64,000 bases of DNA. Source: an uncultured Clostridia bacterium (GTDB lineage: Bacteria; Bacillota; Clostridia; TANB77; CAG-508). The position numbers were made by a program, and so were the translations under genes. Location: assembly GCA_934141605.1 (NCBI GenBank), contig CAKPCL010000005.1:4574-68573 (forward strand), written 5' to 3'. This document shows, one piece after another, positions 1-12,116 of the stretch (position 1 is its first letter; every line of letters begins with the position of its first letter). Under the pieces are notes generated by a model. It saw nothing but the letters and a program-made list of their open reading frames with translations, searched no databases and had not been told where the DNA came from.

Positions 1-232
1 CGCCAACTACATTTTTGCAAAACTCATCTAAACCATATTCTTCTTCAAATATAGCTTCTAAATTCATGTTTTTAGCATATTCTTTTAATGTGTCTCTTCT
101 TGCTTTATATTCCATGTATGGATGTATGTTCGGATTGTACCAATATATTGTTGGTTCTATTCCTTCTTCTTTTAATGCATCTATACAGTATACACTGCAT
201 GGTGCGCAACATGTGTGCATTAATAATTTCAT
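1..232 (-). CDS. queH: epoxyqueuosine reductase QueH (DUF208), N-terminal part; gene runs off the left edge
   Basis: Not in ORF track because truncated. Minus-strand ATG at 232..230 translates MKLLMHTCCAPCSVYCIDALKEEGIEPTIYWYNPNIHPYMEYKARRDTLKEY..., with the CCAPC and YNPNIHP motifs typical of QueH. Confidence 0.7.
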   Translation of the reverse strand, partial: MKLLMHTCCAPCSVYCIDALKEEGIEPTIYWYNPNIHPYMEYKARRDTLKEYAKNMNLEAIFEEEYGLDEFCKNVVG

Positions 233-259
233 TTTTTCTCCTTTTTAAATCAAACATTG

Positions 260-1777
260 TTATATTTTTTTATATACATCATATATACTTATTTCATTAA
301 TTTTTTCTAAATTTTCTCTAATATAATTTACTACATTTAACGGCGTTTGCCAATTTGTCTTTATATTTTCTTTCCTTATTAAAAACAACTCATTTTCTTT
401 GCATTGCTTAATTATTTCTATTTGTCCCTCTTCTCCATCTTTTCCAATATTTCCTTTTAAAAACATATCATAATTTTTATTATATTTGTTTATTGGAATC
501 ATATATATTGCCGCTTCTGCATCTAATATATATACTCTTTTTCCTTCATATTCTTTTTCTAGAACATAATTATCTATTTCTTTAATTCTTTGTGTTAAGT
601 CATCATCAATTATAACAAATCTAAAATGTTGTATTTCTGTATTCTTCTCTGTTTTAATATATTCATACATATTATAAATAGCTATATATAAAAATAATGC
701 AAAAATTAGTATCCATATTAAAAATGTTATTATTTTATATGACCTAAATTTATTATCATATTTTATTTTGTTATATGCTTTTTTTCCAATTAAGCTAATA
801 ATATAAATAGTTGAAATTATTGAAATAAAGCTTCCTATTAAAAAATGTATTTCATCTGATATTGGATACATTACAATTATTATTGATAAACTATACACTA
901 ATAATGTTAATATTTCTTTTGTTGACTCATTTTCCTTTTTTAATATGCTTGTAATTATTAGTATTCCTGACATTATAATTATTGAAATTGGCACTACTAC
1001 TGCTAGAATTCTTATTTCAATTTTACCGTTGTTAAATAGTGATACATATTCAATTTTGTTAGAAAATGTGCTTATTCCAAGTATCGCATAGTTTATAAAA
1101 TCATTTAAGGCATTATTGATGACTAAATATATAAATATTAATGTTACTGGTAACATTATTCCTATGATTCGTGTTCCAGCTATTTTTATGTATTCTTTAA
1201 ATTGTTGTTTATTTTCTACAAATAGTAATTTATATCCAATTACAACTATTGCAAGTGTTGTTCCTATACTTTGTTTTGTACATATTGCTAGTCCTGCCAA
1301 TAGTCCTATTATTAAATCTTGTTTTTTATTATATTGTGTTACATTTTTTATATTTTTTAATTCTTGATTTAATATAATTAGTGCTAAGAATAGAACTGTT
1401 ACATTGTAGTCTATACAGTATATTTTTCTACATACTATTCCTATTAGTCCTGTGCATATTAATGCTGTGTTTTCTTCTTTTATTAGTTGTTTTAATATTT
1501 TGTATGTTGTGTATAGTATTCCTGTGCAAAGCATTGCTGCAAGAATTCTTGAGATTATTATTTCATTTGTAAATATTTTTAGAAAAATTGCTGTTGCCAT
1601 AGGCAGTAATGGTGTTGTTATCATACTTACATCTTTATATGGTATTAGTCCTTCTGCTATTGCTCTTGCTGTATTGTAATTCCATATTTCGTCTAAATCA
1701 TTTATAGGCTTTACTATTATTAGTGATAGTATTATTATAAATATAAAGGTTATTAATAAAATTTCTTTTCTTTTCAT
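260..1777 (-). CDS. polytopic membrane glycosyltransferase, GT-C / PMT_2-ArnT-like (putative)
   Basis: 505-aa ORF with many hydrophobic helices and a soluble C-terminal domain. GGAG RBS 7 nt upstream of ATG 1777. Neighbours are glycan-modification genes. Confidence 0.5.
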   Translation of the reverse strand: MKRKEILLITFIFIIILSLIIVKPINDLDEIWNYNTARAIAEGLIPYKDVSMITTPLLPMATAIFLKIFTNEIIISRILAAMLCTGILYTTYKILKQLIKEENTALICTGLIGIVCRKIYCIDYNVTVLFLALIILNQELKNIKNVTQYNKKQDLIIGLLAGLAICTKQSIGTTLAIVVIGYKLLFVENKQQFKEYIKIAGTRIIGIMLPVTLIFIYLVINNALNDFINYAILGISTFSNKIEYVSLFNNGKIEIRILAVVVPISIIIMSGILIITSILKKENESTKEILTLLVYSLSIIIVMYPISDEIHFLIGSFISIISTIYIISLIGKKAYNKIKYDNKFRSYKIITFLIWILIFALFLYIAIYNMYEYIKTEKNTEIQHFRFVIIDDDLTQRIKEIDNYVLEKEYEGKRVYILDAEAAIYMIPINKYNKNYDMFLKGNIGKDGEEGQIEIIKQCKENELFLIRKENIKTNWQTPLNVVNYIRENLEKINEISIYDVYKKI

Positions 1778-2789
1778 TTCTTTCTCCAGTATTATCTATA
1801 TATTTATTAACTTTATTATTTATTTTTAATATAATGTCATTTAATTTTGGAATTCTTAATATTGTCATTTCAATAATTTTACTTACAATATAATCAATAA
1901 TTGTACAAATAATAAAAATTATTATACTTATATTTATTGTTTCTATTAAAAAATATTGTGTATTAAATATATTTAACATATTTAATCTTTTGATTATTAT
2001 TTCATTTCTTATATATTTGTTATCATGTATTAAATAAACACTAATTGTATGTTTAGCAATGTTGTTAATTATATTATTTTTTATTTTTAAATTTGCAAAT
2101 AGTGTAAATATAGCCATTGCTGTTGTTAATGGTATTAATGTAGTATATGGTCTTAATTCTAATTTCCAAGCTATTACAACTAAATATAATACAACTATTG
2201 CCAAAATGTTTAATATCAGGTTATCAAAAGTTTTAACTAACTTAGGTAATATATGTCTACCACATAAATAAAAATATATAAATCCTTCAATATTAGGCAT
2301 TATTCTCACTGGTACAACAAAGGAAAAAGTCATCCATATAAATATTATCTTTTGTATTTTTATAGGTATTTCTTTTTCACATATTTTAATAATTGGTTCT
2401 ACCATAAATAGTATTATCCATGTATTTATAAACCAATATTGTTTATATTCATTTATGTCTAAAAAATTATTTTTGTTAAATATAATCATAAATAATATTG
2501 TATACACTACTACTTTTAATATTATATTTATAGGTCTTGATATATTAAATTTTGATTTTTTTGAATAATATCCCATTATTAATATATATATTATTACAGC
2601 TATTTTTCCTCCTGCTAATAATACTAATGCCATAAAATGATTTTCTCCACTATATGCATATATTCGTGGGTGTATTATCAAATGATGAATAATAATCATT
2701 AACATTGCTATTATTCTTAATAATTCTATATTTGAATCTCTTGTTTTTTCTTTCATATGTTCTTTCATTTGTTTCTCTTCTACTTTCAA
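1698..2789 (-). CDS. acyltransferase family 3 membrane protein (O-acyltransferase)
   Basis: 363-aa ORF. N-terminal NIELLRIIAMLMIIIHH motif and about 10 TM segments are typical of acyltransferase_3. The 3-prime end overlaps the next gene by 80 nt. Confidence 0.6.
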   Translation of the reverse strand: MKVEEKQMKEHMKEKTRDSNIELLRIIAMLMIIIHHLIIHPRIYAYSGENHFMALVLLAGGKIAVIIYILIMGYYSKKSKFNISRPINIILKVVVYTILFMIIFNKNNFLDINEYKQYWFINTWIILFMVEPIIKICEKEIPIKIQKIIFIWMTFSFVVPVRIMPNIEGFIYFYLCGRHILPKLVKTFDNLILNILAIVVLYLVVIAWKLELRPYTTLIPLTTAMAIFTLFANLKIKNNIINNIAKHTISVYLIHDNKYIRNEIIIKRLNMLNIFNTQYFLIETINISIIIFIICTIIDYIVSKIIEMTILRIPKLNDIILKINNKVNKYIDNTGERNEKKRNFINNLYIYNNTITNNSKAYK

Positions 2790-2811
2790 TAATTTTTACT
2801 GCATATTTCGG

Positions 2812-3840
2812 TTAAATAAACCTTTGCTGTCCATTGTCTCCATCAAACTCATATCCCAAATGTTCATAAGCCGGAGGCAACACAACTCTTCCCCTCAAAG
2901 TCCTTGATATAAACCCAATTTGAATCAAATATGGTTCATAAACATCTTCGATTGTATCAACTTCTTCACCAACTGTAACAGCTAAAGCTTCTATTCCAAC
3001 TGGTCTTCCACTATATTGAACTATCATAGTATCTAATATTTTTCTATCAATTTCATCTAGACCTAATTCATCTATTTCTAATTTATTTAAAGCATGTTTT
3101 GCAATTTTCAAATCAATATCGCCATCACCCAAAACTGCTGCATAATCCCTAACTCTTTTTAATAATCTGTTTGCAATTCTTGGAGTTCCTCTAGACCTTC
3201 TTGCAATTTCTTCAGCCGCTTTTTCATCTATATCCACATCTAAAATTTTAGCTGACCTTTTTACAATTTTTTTTAAGTTTTCTACTGAATATAGTTCTAA
3301 TCTGTTTACTATTCCAAACCTGTCTCTTAATGGTGTAGTTAAAGAACCAGCTTTTGTTGTCGCACCTATTAATGTAAATTTAGGTAAATCCAATCTTATA
3401 GACCTTGCACTTGGCCCTTTTCCTATCATAATATCAATTGTATAATCTTCTAAAGCAGGATATAATATTTCTTCTACATTTTTACTTAATCTATGAATTT
3501 CATCTATAAAAAGCACATCATTTTCTGATAAATTTGTAAGTAATGACGCTAAATCACCTGGTCTTTCAATTGCTGGTCCTGATGTTATTTTTATATTTGA
3601 ACCCATTTCATTTGCAATTATATTTGAAAGTGTTGTTTTTCCAAGTCCTGGAGGGCCATATAATAAAACATGGTCTAATGCCTCTCCTCTTTTTTTAGCC
3701 GCTTCTATATAAATTTTCATATTTTCTTTTACTTTATCTTGTCCAATATATTCATCCAAAGTTTGAGGCCTTAAAGTATTCTCTAATCTTTCTTCTCCTA
3801 TATCCCCCAACTCCGGATTTATTATTCTATCATCATTCAT
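2812..3840 (-). CDS. ruvB: Holliday junction branch migration helicase RuvB
   Basis: [19 protein letters not shown]..., Walker [17 protein letters not shown], full-length 342 aa. Confidence 0.97.
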   Translation of the reverse strand: MNDDRIINPELGDIGEERLENTLRPQTLDEYIGQDKVKENMKIYIEAAKKRGEALDHVLLYGPPGLGKTTLSNIIANEMGSNIKITSGPAIERPGDLASLLTNLSENDVLFIDEIHRLSKNVEEILYPALEDYTIDIMIGKGPSARSIRLDLPKFTLIGATTKAGSLTTPLRDRFGIVNRLELYSVENLKKIVKRSAKILDVDIDEKAAEEIARRSRGTPRIANRLLKRVRDYAAVLGDGDIDLKIAKHALNKLEIDELGLDEIDRKILDTMIVQYSGRPVGIEALAVTVGEEVDTIEDVYEPYLIQIGFISRTLRGRVVLPPAYEHLGYEFDGDNGQQRFI

Positions 3841-3919
3841 CTTTTATCCTTTCGGGATTTATGGACGTTCCTCTTTTTCCCTTTTTGGATGGATTTGGGG
3901 ACACTCCTTAAATCTTTTT

Positions 3920-4399
3920 TTATATATTTTCAATAAAATCTTCTATTATTTTTAACATTTTTTGATTATTAGGTTGGTATTTTACTGGTTCAAATGTTTT
4001 TGATTTTATAATTGCTTCTTTTAAATCCTCGACATTTTCAATTCCTATTATATATCCTTTCTCATTAAAATCTTTAACAATTTGAATTTGATGATTATTT
4101 ACATGTTCACCATATTCATGTTTTCTTGGCACAGCTATAACCTTTTTGCCTTTTTCAATTGATGATATAATTGAACCAACACCACCATGTGTTATTATTA
4201 AACTTGCCTCATCTTGAAATTTAGCCAACTGTTCTTTTGACATCAAATCAATTATTTTCATTTTATCTGTTTGATATTTTGTATATCCTGCTTGAACAAT
4301 TACTTCTTCATCTATTGTTTTATCTTCTATATTCTTTTCCACTTCTTCTAATAATCTGTGGAAACTATTATTTTGCGTTCCTACTAATACTAATACCAT
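3920..4399 (-). CDS. glycosyltransferase family 28 C-terminal-domain protein (Alg13/PssE/Cps14G-like half of a split GT)
   Basis: 159 aa. MVLVLVGTQNNSFHRLL... and ITHGGVGSI motif. AGGAGG RBS. Follows the Alg14-like partner. Confidence 0.7.
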   Translation of the reverse strand: MVLVLVGTQNNSFHRLLEEVEKNIEDKTIDEEVIVQAGYTKYQTDKMKIIDLMSKEQLAKFQDEASLIITHGGVGSIISSIEKGKKVIAVPRKHEYGEHVNNHQIQIVKDFNEKGYIIGIENVEDLKEAIIKSKTFEPVKYQPNNQKMLKIIEDFIENI

Positions 4400-4420
4400 T
4401 TTTACCTCCTACTTTTACTT

Positions 4421-4490
4421 TTGTCCAAATGTCCAAATGGGACGGTTCTTTTTGGACAAAATGTCCAAACGGGACGGTTCTTTTTGGACA
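4421..4490. repeat. REP-like palindromic element, two tandem units (TGTCCAAA-N13-TTTGGACA with GGGACGGTTCT loop)
   Basis: Units at 4429-4458 and 4461-4490 lie between the Alg14-like stop and the Alg13-like RBS. The same element recurs at 22261-22322 and, inverted, at 22838-22902. Confidence 0.8.
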
Positions 4491-4961
4491 TTAATAAATT
4501 GAACCCCCATATGTTGCTTTAGGATATAGCTTTAACATTTCTTCCCATTGTACAATAAATAAATCGGCTATTGGATATATTAGCCTTCCTGTTGCTGTTT
4601 TTTTGTTTTTATTTGCAAATGTTTCTATGTAAATTATTTTACTTCCTAATATTTTTCCTAAGTAGCACATTGGCCCTGCTGTATGTGTTCCTGTTGTTAT
4701 TATTACATTTGGTCGTAGTTTAATGTAATAATATATTGTTTTTAAACATAAATAAAAATATTTGAATATATATGTGAATAATTTTGCTCTTGTTCCATAT
4801 GGTAAAAAGTCTATTTTTTTTCCATATTGTTGTTTTAAATTTTCATTTGCTTTGTCTTTTTCTGTTATTATATGATAGTCATATTTTTTAAATAAAGGTG
4901 CTAATTGTAATAATTCATTTAGATGTCCGCCTGTACTTGATATAAATAGTACTTTTTTCAT
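4491..4961 (-). CDS. Alg14/PssD/Cps14F-like glycosyltransferase membrane-anchor subunit
   Basis: MKKVLFISSTGGHLNELLQL motif. The track ORF begins at an upstream TTG (4979). ATG 4961 preferred, with GGAGG upstream. Confidence 0.65.
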   Translation of the reverse strand: MKKVLFISSTGGHLNELLQLAPLFKKYDYHIITEKDKANENLKQQYGKKIDFLPYGTRAKLFTYIFKYFYLCLKTIYYYIKLRPNVIITTGTHTAGPMCYLGKILGSKIIYIETFANKNKKTATGRLIYPIADLFIVQWEEMLKLYPKATYGGSIY

Positions 4962-5053
4962 TTTATGTGTTTCCTCCAAAATTCTGTTTTTCTTTGTCTA
5001 TTATACATTTTATTTGTTTTTCTGTCTAGTATAATATAAAAAAAGACAAATAT

Positions 5054-5089
5054 AAAAAAAGGCAAATATTAAATTTTAATATTTGTCTT
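5054..5089 (-). terminator. rho-independent terminator after dnaJ
   Basis: Minus-strand hairpin AGACAAATATTAAA/TTTAATATTTGCCT followed by a T-run, about 50 nt downstream of the dnaJ stop. Confidence 0.6.
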
Positions 5090-5138
5090 TAAATTTTAAT
5101 ATTTGTCTTATATTTTATTTCATATTATTTTTTGAATT

Positions 5139-6299
5139 TTATCCAAAGATTCCTTTCTTCTTAACCGGTGGTTGTTCGTTCATAGTTTTTGCAAGTTCTA
5201 CAAATAAATCTCTTTGCTCTTTTGTCAATTTTTTTGGTGTTTGAACTTGAACTGTAAATACAAAATCTCCTTCTGATGTTGAATTTACATATTTAAATCC
5301 TTTGTTTCTAATAGTAAATTTAGTACCTGTCTGAGTTCCTTCTGGTATTTTGTACATTTCTTTGCTTCCGTCTACCATAGGAATTTCAAGTTCAGCTCCT
5401 AATGTTGCTTGAGTTATTGTAATTGGAATATTGCACAAAACATCATTGCCTTTTCTAGTATAAATACTATGTCTTTTAATTCTTAAAGTAATATATAGGT
5501 CTCCTTTTGGACCGCCTTTTGTTCCAGGTTCACCCTCGCCTCTTAATACTACAGTTTGATTATCATCAATTCCTGCTGGGATTTTTACTTTTATTTTTGG
5601 TTGTTTTCTTACAGTTCCTTTTCCTTTACAATTATCACAAATTTCTGTAATAACTTCACCTGTTCCATGGCATTTACCACAGGTTCTTGTTGTTTGAACT
5701 TGGCCTAAAATTGTATTTTGAACTTGTGTTACTTGACCTGTTCCATGACAATCAGGACATTTTATTGGATTTGTTCCAGGTTTTGCACCTGTTCCATGGC
5801 AATGTTCACAAGTTTCATTTCTGTTTATTATAACTTCTTTTTCAACACCTAAAAAAGCTTCCTCAAAAGTAATATCCATACTTAAGTTTAAATCTGCACC
5901 TTTTCTTGGCCCATTACTTTTTCTAGTAGATTGTCTGCTTCCAAAGCCACCACCAAAAAATGATGAGAATATATCACCTAAATCTCCAAAGTCTCCAAAA
6001 CCATCAAATCCAGAAGTTGAATATGTATAACTTCCACCTCCAAATGGCCCACTAGCTCCTCCAAATCCTTGTGGGTCAGCTGTTCCAAATTGGTCATACA
6101 TTTTTCTTTTTTGAGGATTAGAAAGTGTTTCATATGCTTCATTTACTTCTTTAAACTTTTTCTCTGCTTCTTCTTTATTATCTGGGTTTGCATCTGGGTG
6201 ATATTTTTTTGCCATTTTTCTATATGCTTTTTTTAGTTCATCATCTGTGGCGTTTTTATCTACACCCAAAACCTCATAATAATCTTTTTTATTGGCCAT
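5139..6299 (-). CDS. dnaJ: chaperone DnaJ
   Basis: J domain (DYYEVLGV...HPD), G/F region, four CxxCxGxG zinc motifs. Start moved to MANKKDYY (GGAGG RBS). Confidence 0.97.
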   Translation of the reverse strand: MANKKDYYEVLGVDKNATDDELKKAYRKMAKKYHPDANPDNKEEAEKKFKEVNEAYETLSNPQKRKMYDQFGTADPQGFGGASGPFGGGSYTYSTSGFDGFGDFGDLGDIFSSFFGGGFGSRQSTRKSNGPRKGADLNLSMDITFEEAFLGVEKEVIINRNETCEHCHGTGAKPGTNPIKCPDCHGTGQVTQVQNTILGQVQTTRTCGKCHGTGEVITEICDNCKGKGTVRKQPKIKVKIPAGIDDNQTVVLRGEGEPGTKGGPKGDLYITLRIKRHSIYTRKGNDVLCNIPITITQATLGAELEIPMVDGSKEMYKIPEGTQTGTKFTIRNKGFKYVNSTSEGDFVFTVQVQTPKKLTKEQRDLFVELAKTMNEQPPVKKKGIFG

Positions 6300-6345
6300 T
6301 TTTTCCTCCATATGTTTTATAAATCGAATCAAAAATTTGACTTAA

Positions 6346-8229
<1,884 letters not shown>

Positions 8230-8398
8230 CTACGCTTCGTTCATCGTCATCCAAAGATTTCTTTGAAATCTTCGTCTGCCAACCCTTTAAGCTTTGCTTA
8301 TTTTATATTTATAATATTTACAATTTCGCTTTGCTCAATTGTATATGTTATCTGTAATCGGCATAGCCTCAACAGCTAACTTAAAATTAATAACTTGT

Positions 8399-8911
8399 TT
8401 AGTTTGCTACAACGACCATAGTATGGCGAATAACTTTATGTCCTATTTTGTAACCTTTCCTGTATTCTTGAACAATTTCTTTTTCTCCCTTAGAATCATC
8501 TTGAACACTGCTAACAGCTTCATGAAGTTCTGGATCAAAAGTTTCTCCAAGAGCTTTAATTTCTTCTACACCTTTTGATTTAAGCACATCTTGAAATTGT
8601 TTTAAAACAAGTTCAACACCTTTTTTATAATTTTCATCTGAGGTTTCAACTTTTGCTGCATTTTCAAGATTGTCTAGAATTGGAAGCATTACTTCTATTA
8701 TGTCTCCTAATATTGAATTATATAACCCTTCTCTTTCTTTTTGACTCCTTTTTTTATGGTTTTCAAATTCTGCTAATAATCTTTTGTATCTATCTGTTAG
8801 CTCATCTAATTCCTGTTGCTTTGATTGTAATTCGTTTTTGTTTGTTTCCTTTGTTGTTTCTTCTGATGATGTCTGATTTTCTAATTTTTCATTTTCTTTT
8901 TTGTCTGCCAT
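8399..8911 (-). CDS. grpE: nucleotide exchange factor GrpE
   Basis: 170 aa with coiled-coil N-terminus and LAEFENHKKR motif, positioned between hrcA and dnaK. Confidence 0.95.
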   Translation of the reverse strand: MADKKENEKLENQTSSEETTKETNKNELQSKQQELDELTDRYKRLLAEFENHKKRSQKEREGLYNSILGDIIEVMLPILDNLENAAKVETSDENYKKGVELVLKQFQDVLKSKGVEEIKALGETFDPELHEAVSSVQDDSKGEKEIVQEYRKGYKIGHKVIRHTMVVVAN

Positions 8912-8927
8912 CTTCTCGCTCCTTCCT

Positions 8928-9938
8928 TTATATACCTTTGTCTTTTAGTTTTTTGTTTATATATTTCATTACTGAAATAACCTTTGAATAATCCATCCTT
9001 TTAGGTCCTATAATTCCTATTGTTCCCATATTTTTGTCACCAACTTTATGCTTAAAAGTTATAACACTAAAATCTTTAAGTTCATCTTTTTCGTTTTCTT
9101 CTCCAATATATACATTAATATCTTTTGCAAATCCTGAATTCAATATATCTGTCATTAAGTCTTTTTCATCAATTATATTTACAAAATTTTTAGCAACTGA
9201 TAAACTATTAAATTCTGGTAAATCAAATGATTTGTTTGCACCTTCAAGATATAGTTGTCTATCTTCTGAGATAACTTTTTTGATTTGTTCTATTATTGGC
9301 TTTATAACTTTTACACTATATTTCATTTCATTTATTAGATATTCTTCTAATGGAACATCTATTATTTGAAGTGGTTGACCTTTCAGTTTTTGATTAAACA
9401 TATAGTTTATTGTTTCAACTTGTTTGTCTGTTATGTCTTCATCAAATTTTATTATTGTTTCTTTAACCATTCCTGTGTTTGTTAATATTATTGCCATTAA
9501 CATCCTTGGTCCTAACAAAACAAATTTTATTTCTTCTATTAACAAATCTTGTGTACTTGGTCCTATTGCTAATGTTGTATAATGTGTTATTTCTGAAATT
9601 GTTGTTGTTGCTATTTTGGTTAAATCTTCTATTTCATTTACTTTTGTTTCTAGCTTATCACTAATATATTTAATTTCTTCTAAGCTTATATTGTCATCTT
9701 TTAATAGTTCATCAACATAGTATCTGTAACCTTTTTCGGATGGTATTCTTCCACTTGATGTATGTGTTTTTTCCAAATATCCTGCTTTTTCAAGTTCTGC
9801 CATTTCATTTCTAATTGTTGCACTACTGTATTGTAGTTCGTCATTATTTGTCAAGGCATTTGAACTTACAGGTTCTGCTGTGTTTATATATTCTTCTACT
9901 ATTGCTTGAAGTACTTTCTTTTTTCTAGCATCTAGCAT
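8928..9938 (-). CDS. hrcA: heat-inducible transcription repressor HrcA
   Basis: MLDARKKKVLQAIVEEYINTAEPVSS..., 336 aa, first gene of the hrcA-grpE-dnaK-dnaJ operon. Confidence 0.95.
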   Translation of the reverse strand: MLDARKKKVLQAIVEEYINTAEPVSSNALTNNDELQYSSATIRNEMAELEKAGYLEKTHTSSGRIPSEKGYRYYVDELLKDDNISLEEIKYISDKLETKVNEIEDLTKIATTTISEITHYTTLAIGPSTQDLLIEEIKFVLLGPRMLMAIILTNTGMVKETIIKFDEDITDKQVETINYMFNQKLKGQPLQIIDVPLEEYLINEMKYSVKVIKPIIEQIKKVISEDRQLYLEGANKSFDLPEFNSLSVAKNFVNIIDEKDLMTDILNSGFAKDINVYIGEENEKDELKDFSVITFKHKVGDKNMGTIGIIGPKRMDYSKVISVMKYINKKLKDKGI

Positions 9939-9951
9939 TTTATCACCTCTT

Positions 9952-9978
9952 TTAGCACTCTTTTGTTTTGATTGCTAA
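9952..9978. promoter_or_regulatory. CIRCE operator (HrcA binding site)
   Basis: TTAGCACTC-N9-GATTGCTAA, 1 mismatch to TTAGCACTC-N9-GAGTGCTAA, 14 nt upstream of the hrcA start. Confidence 0.85.
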
Positions 9979-10002
9979 TCTTTATATATATTATAACCTT
10001 TT

Positions 10003-10029
10003 TTAGCACTTGTCAATACAATTTGCTAA
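10003..10029. promoter_or_regulatory. second, more degenerate CIRCE-like inverted repeat
   Basis: TTAGCACTT-N9-ATTTGCTAA, 24 nt upstream of the first CIRCE. Confidence 0.55.
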
Positions 10030-10105
10030 TTTTTTTGTGAATTTTTTGTGAATTCATATATAAGTAAAAGCATAGTGCTTTTTATATGCACTATGCTTTA
10101 TGTAA

Positions 10106-11128
10106 TTATTTTTCTAAATCAGATTTACCATCTACTCTAGTTACACCTTTATCTCCGTTTTTTTCTTTTTTAACATCTACTTTGCTTGAATCATTATTTT
10201 TACTTTTTGTTTTTCTAGATGCTATTTTTTCTTTTTCAATAATTGACTTAATAATCTCTTTAAAATCTTTTTTGTTTTCTAATAAGTTGGCTTTTATATT
10301 TTCTTCTATTTCGAAATTTGACATATCTAAAAGCATTGTTTCTAATTTTTCATCAATATAATTTTTTATAATAGCATACTTTCCAACATCATTTTCTTGT
10401 AAAATTCCATTATATCTACTATTCAAATGTGAAAAGTACAAAATATATTTTTGCTCTATTAATTTATTTCTAGTATTTTCATATATTCTAGGATCAATTT
10501 CATTAGTCCTTTTACCTAAATCTGATATATATCTTTCAATTTGTTTGAACGCGTATTCATAAAATTTTTCTTCTGTCATATGTGACAAAATATATCCTTT
10601 TTCTTTAAATGAAAATTCTCCAATCGGATTTTTTATATTTCTTCTTTCTATTATTTTTTCTAAATTTTCACTTTGTAAATCATATTCAGCATTTCTTATT
10701 TTTTCAAATTTTGTATTTTTGTATATACTTGGATTAATTTCATTTCCTTCGCCATCAACAATTGATATATATCTTAATTCAGTATAAGCCATTTCTAAAT
10801 ATTCATTTAGAATATTCATAGTTTCATTCATTATGCTTTCTGGTTTTTGAAAATTTAATAGTTCTAAATCTCTGTCATCTTCTTCTATATTAATACTCTC
10901 AGTATCTTCTGTTATTAATTCTTGTAGCTTTCTATATTCTTTTTGAATTCTTTCAAATAAAGTTTTTAAAATTTCATTGTTTTCGATTTGTTGTCTTTTT
11001 ATTTCTCTTCCATTCATTTCTGCTAATGCATAGTCTGATAAGTATGTTCCTATCTGATGCATTATATTCATTATTTCGTCCATAATTTTGTTCATTTCAA
11101 CATCCATTTTATTAATACCTTTCTGCAA
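10106..11128 (-). CDS. hypothetical protein, coiled-coil rich, lysine-rich C-terminal tail
   Basis: 340-aa ORF with no TM segment and no recognised motif. Confidence 0.4.
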   Translation of the reverse strand: MQKGINKMDVEMNKIMDEIMNIMHQIGTYLSDYALAEMNGREIKRQQIENNEILKTLFERIQKEYRKLQELITEDTESINIEEDDRDLELLNFQKPESIMNETMNILNEYLEMAYTELRYISIVDGEGNEINPSIYKNTKFEKIRNAEYDLQSENLEKIIERRNIKNPIGEFSFKEKGYILSHMTEEKFYEYAFKQIERYISDLGKRTNEIDPRIYENTRNKLIEQKYILYFSHLNSRYNGILQENDVGKYAIIKNYIDEKLETMLLDMSNFEIEENIKANLLENKKDFKEIIKSIIEKEKIASRKTKSKNNDSSKVDVKKEKNGDKGVTRVDGKSDLEK

Positions 11129-11312
11129 AAAATTATAATAAAATTTTTATTAATATATCATATTTTTATGTTTTTTTCAATAATTTTACATAATTTTATT
11201 TTTTTGCTGTCTCAAATTTTATTACATATTTTTTGTCATATTACTTGAATTTATTTTAATTTTATTATAGTATATATAGAAGTAAAAATGAGATGTAACA
11301 TAGGAGGTAAAA

Positions 11313-12086
11313 ATGCCAAGAAAAACAAAAGAAAACGAAGAACCAAAGAAAACAACTAAAACAACTACTAAGGCTAGTAAATCTACAACAAGCAAAAAAA
11401 CAACTACAAAATCAAAAACTACCACAACCAAAGCAAAAGCTGGTACAAAATCAACTTCTACAACAAAAAAGACAAACAAAACTGCCCAAAGAAGCACAAA
11501 AACACAAAATACTACTGTTGAATACTATGACTTACCAGAAAGATATAACCAAACAGTTATTAAAGTATTAGCACAAACACCAAAAACACTATTTATTTAT
11601 TGGGAAATTTCTGATGATGATATTAAAAAATATAAAGAACAATATGGTGAAAATTTCTTTGAGACAACAAAACCTGTCTTAATTATTCACAATGATACTT
11701 TAAATTATAGTTTTGAAGTTGAAATCAACGATTTTGCTAATAGCTGGTATTTACATGTAAATGACAGTAAATCAGATTATAGAATAGAACTTGGTAGACG
11801 CCCTATTTTTAATAATACAAATCGAAAAGAAGATTATATATGTATATCTTCTTCTAATGAAATTGAATCACCTAATGACCACATATTATTCAATAATTCT
11901 CAAAAAATGGTTTATTTTAAAAATATAAAAACAAATCAAGAAATTCAAAAACCTGTATCTTCATTATCTTTTATGAAAAATATGGGTAAAATTTATGATA
12001 TTTATGATTTGTACCAAGAATTATATAAAAACGAAAACAACCTTGAAAACTTATCAAATCCATCTTCAGGTTCATTAACTCATTAA
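11313..12086 (+). CDS. DUF4912 domain protein with K/T-rich low-complexity N-terminus
   Basis: AGGAGG RBS. YYDLPERYNQTVIKVLAQTPKTLFIYWEISDD matches the DUF4912 signature. This family commonly precedes GH57 branching enzymes. Confidence 0.65.
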   Translation: MPRKTKENEEPKKTTKTTTKASKSTTSKKTTTKSKTTTTKAKAGTKSTSTTKKTNKTAQRSTKTQNTTVEYYDLPERYNQTVIKVLAQTPKTLFIYWEISDDDIKKYKEQYGENFFETTKPVLIIHNDTLNYSFEVEINDFANSWYLHVNDSKSDYRIELGRRPIFNNTNRKEDYICISSSNEIESPNDHILFNNSQKMVYFKNIKTNQEIQKPVSSLSFMKNMGKIYDIYDLYQELYKNENNLENLSNPSSGSLTH

Positions 12087-12116
12087 AAAGACCAAGCGTG
12101 ACGAAAGGAGTACTTT

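Noticed and set aside
1698-1777. 80-nt overlap between the acyltransferase-3 gene end and the GT-C gene start, considered as a frameshift or fusion.
   Set aside because: The GT-C start at 1777 has a good GGAG RBS and a typical signal-anchor N-terminus. The acyltransferase tail is low-complexity read-through, and there is no evidence of a broken gene.
3841-3919. Possible degenerate REP-like copy between ruvB and the Alg13-like gene (…tatggacgttcctc…ttggatggatttggggacactcc…).
   Set aside because: Only fragments such as GGGGAC resemble the family. No palindromic arms can be drawn, so the similarity is too weak to call.
11222-11497. Minus-strand 91-aa ORF rich in V/F/L opposite the start of the DUF4912 gene.
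   Set aside because: It is the antisense reading of the K/T-rich (AAA/ACA) low-complexity region. The sense gene has a strong RBS and a recognisable domain.
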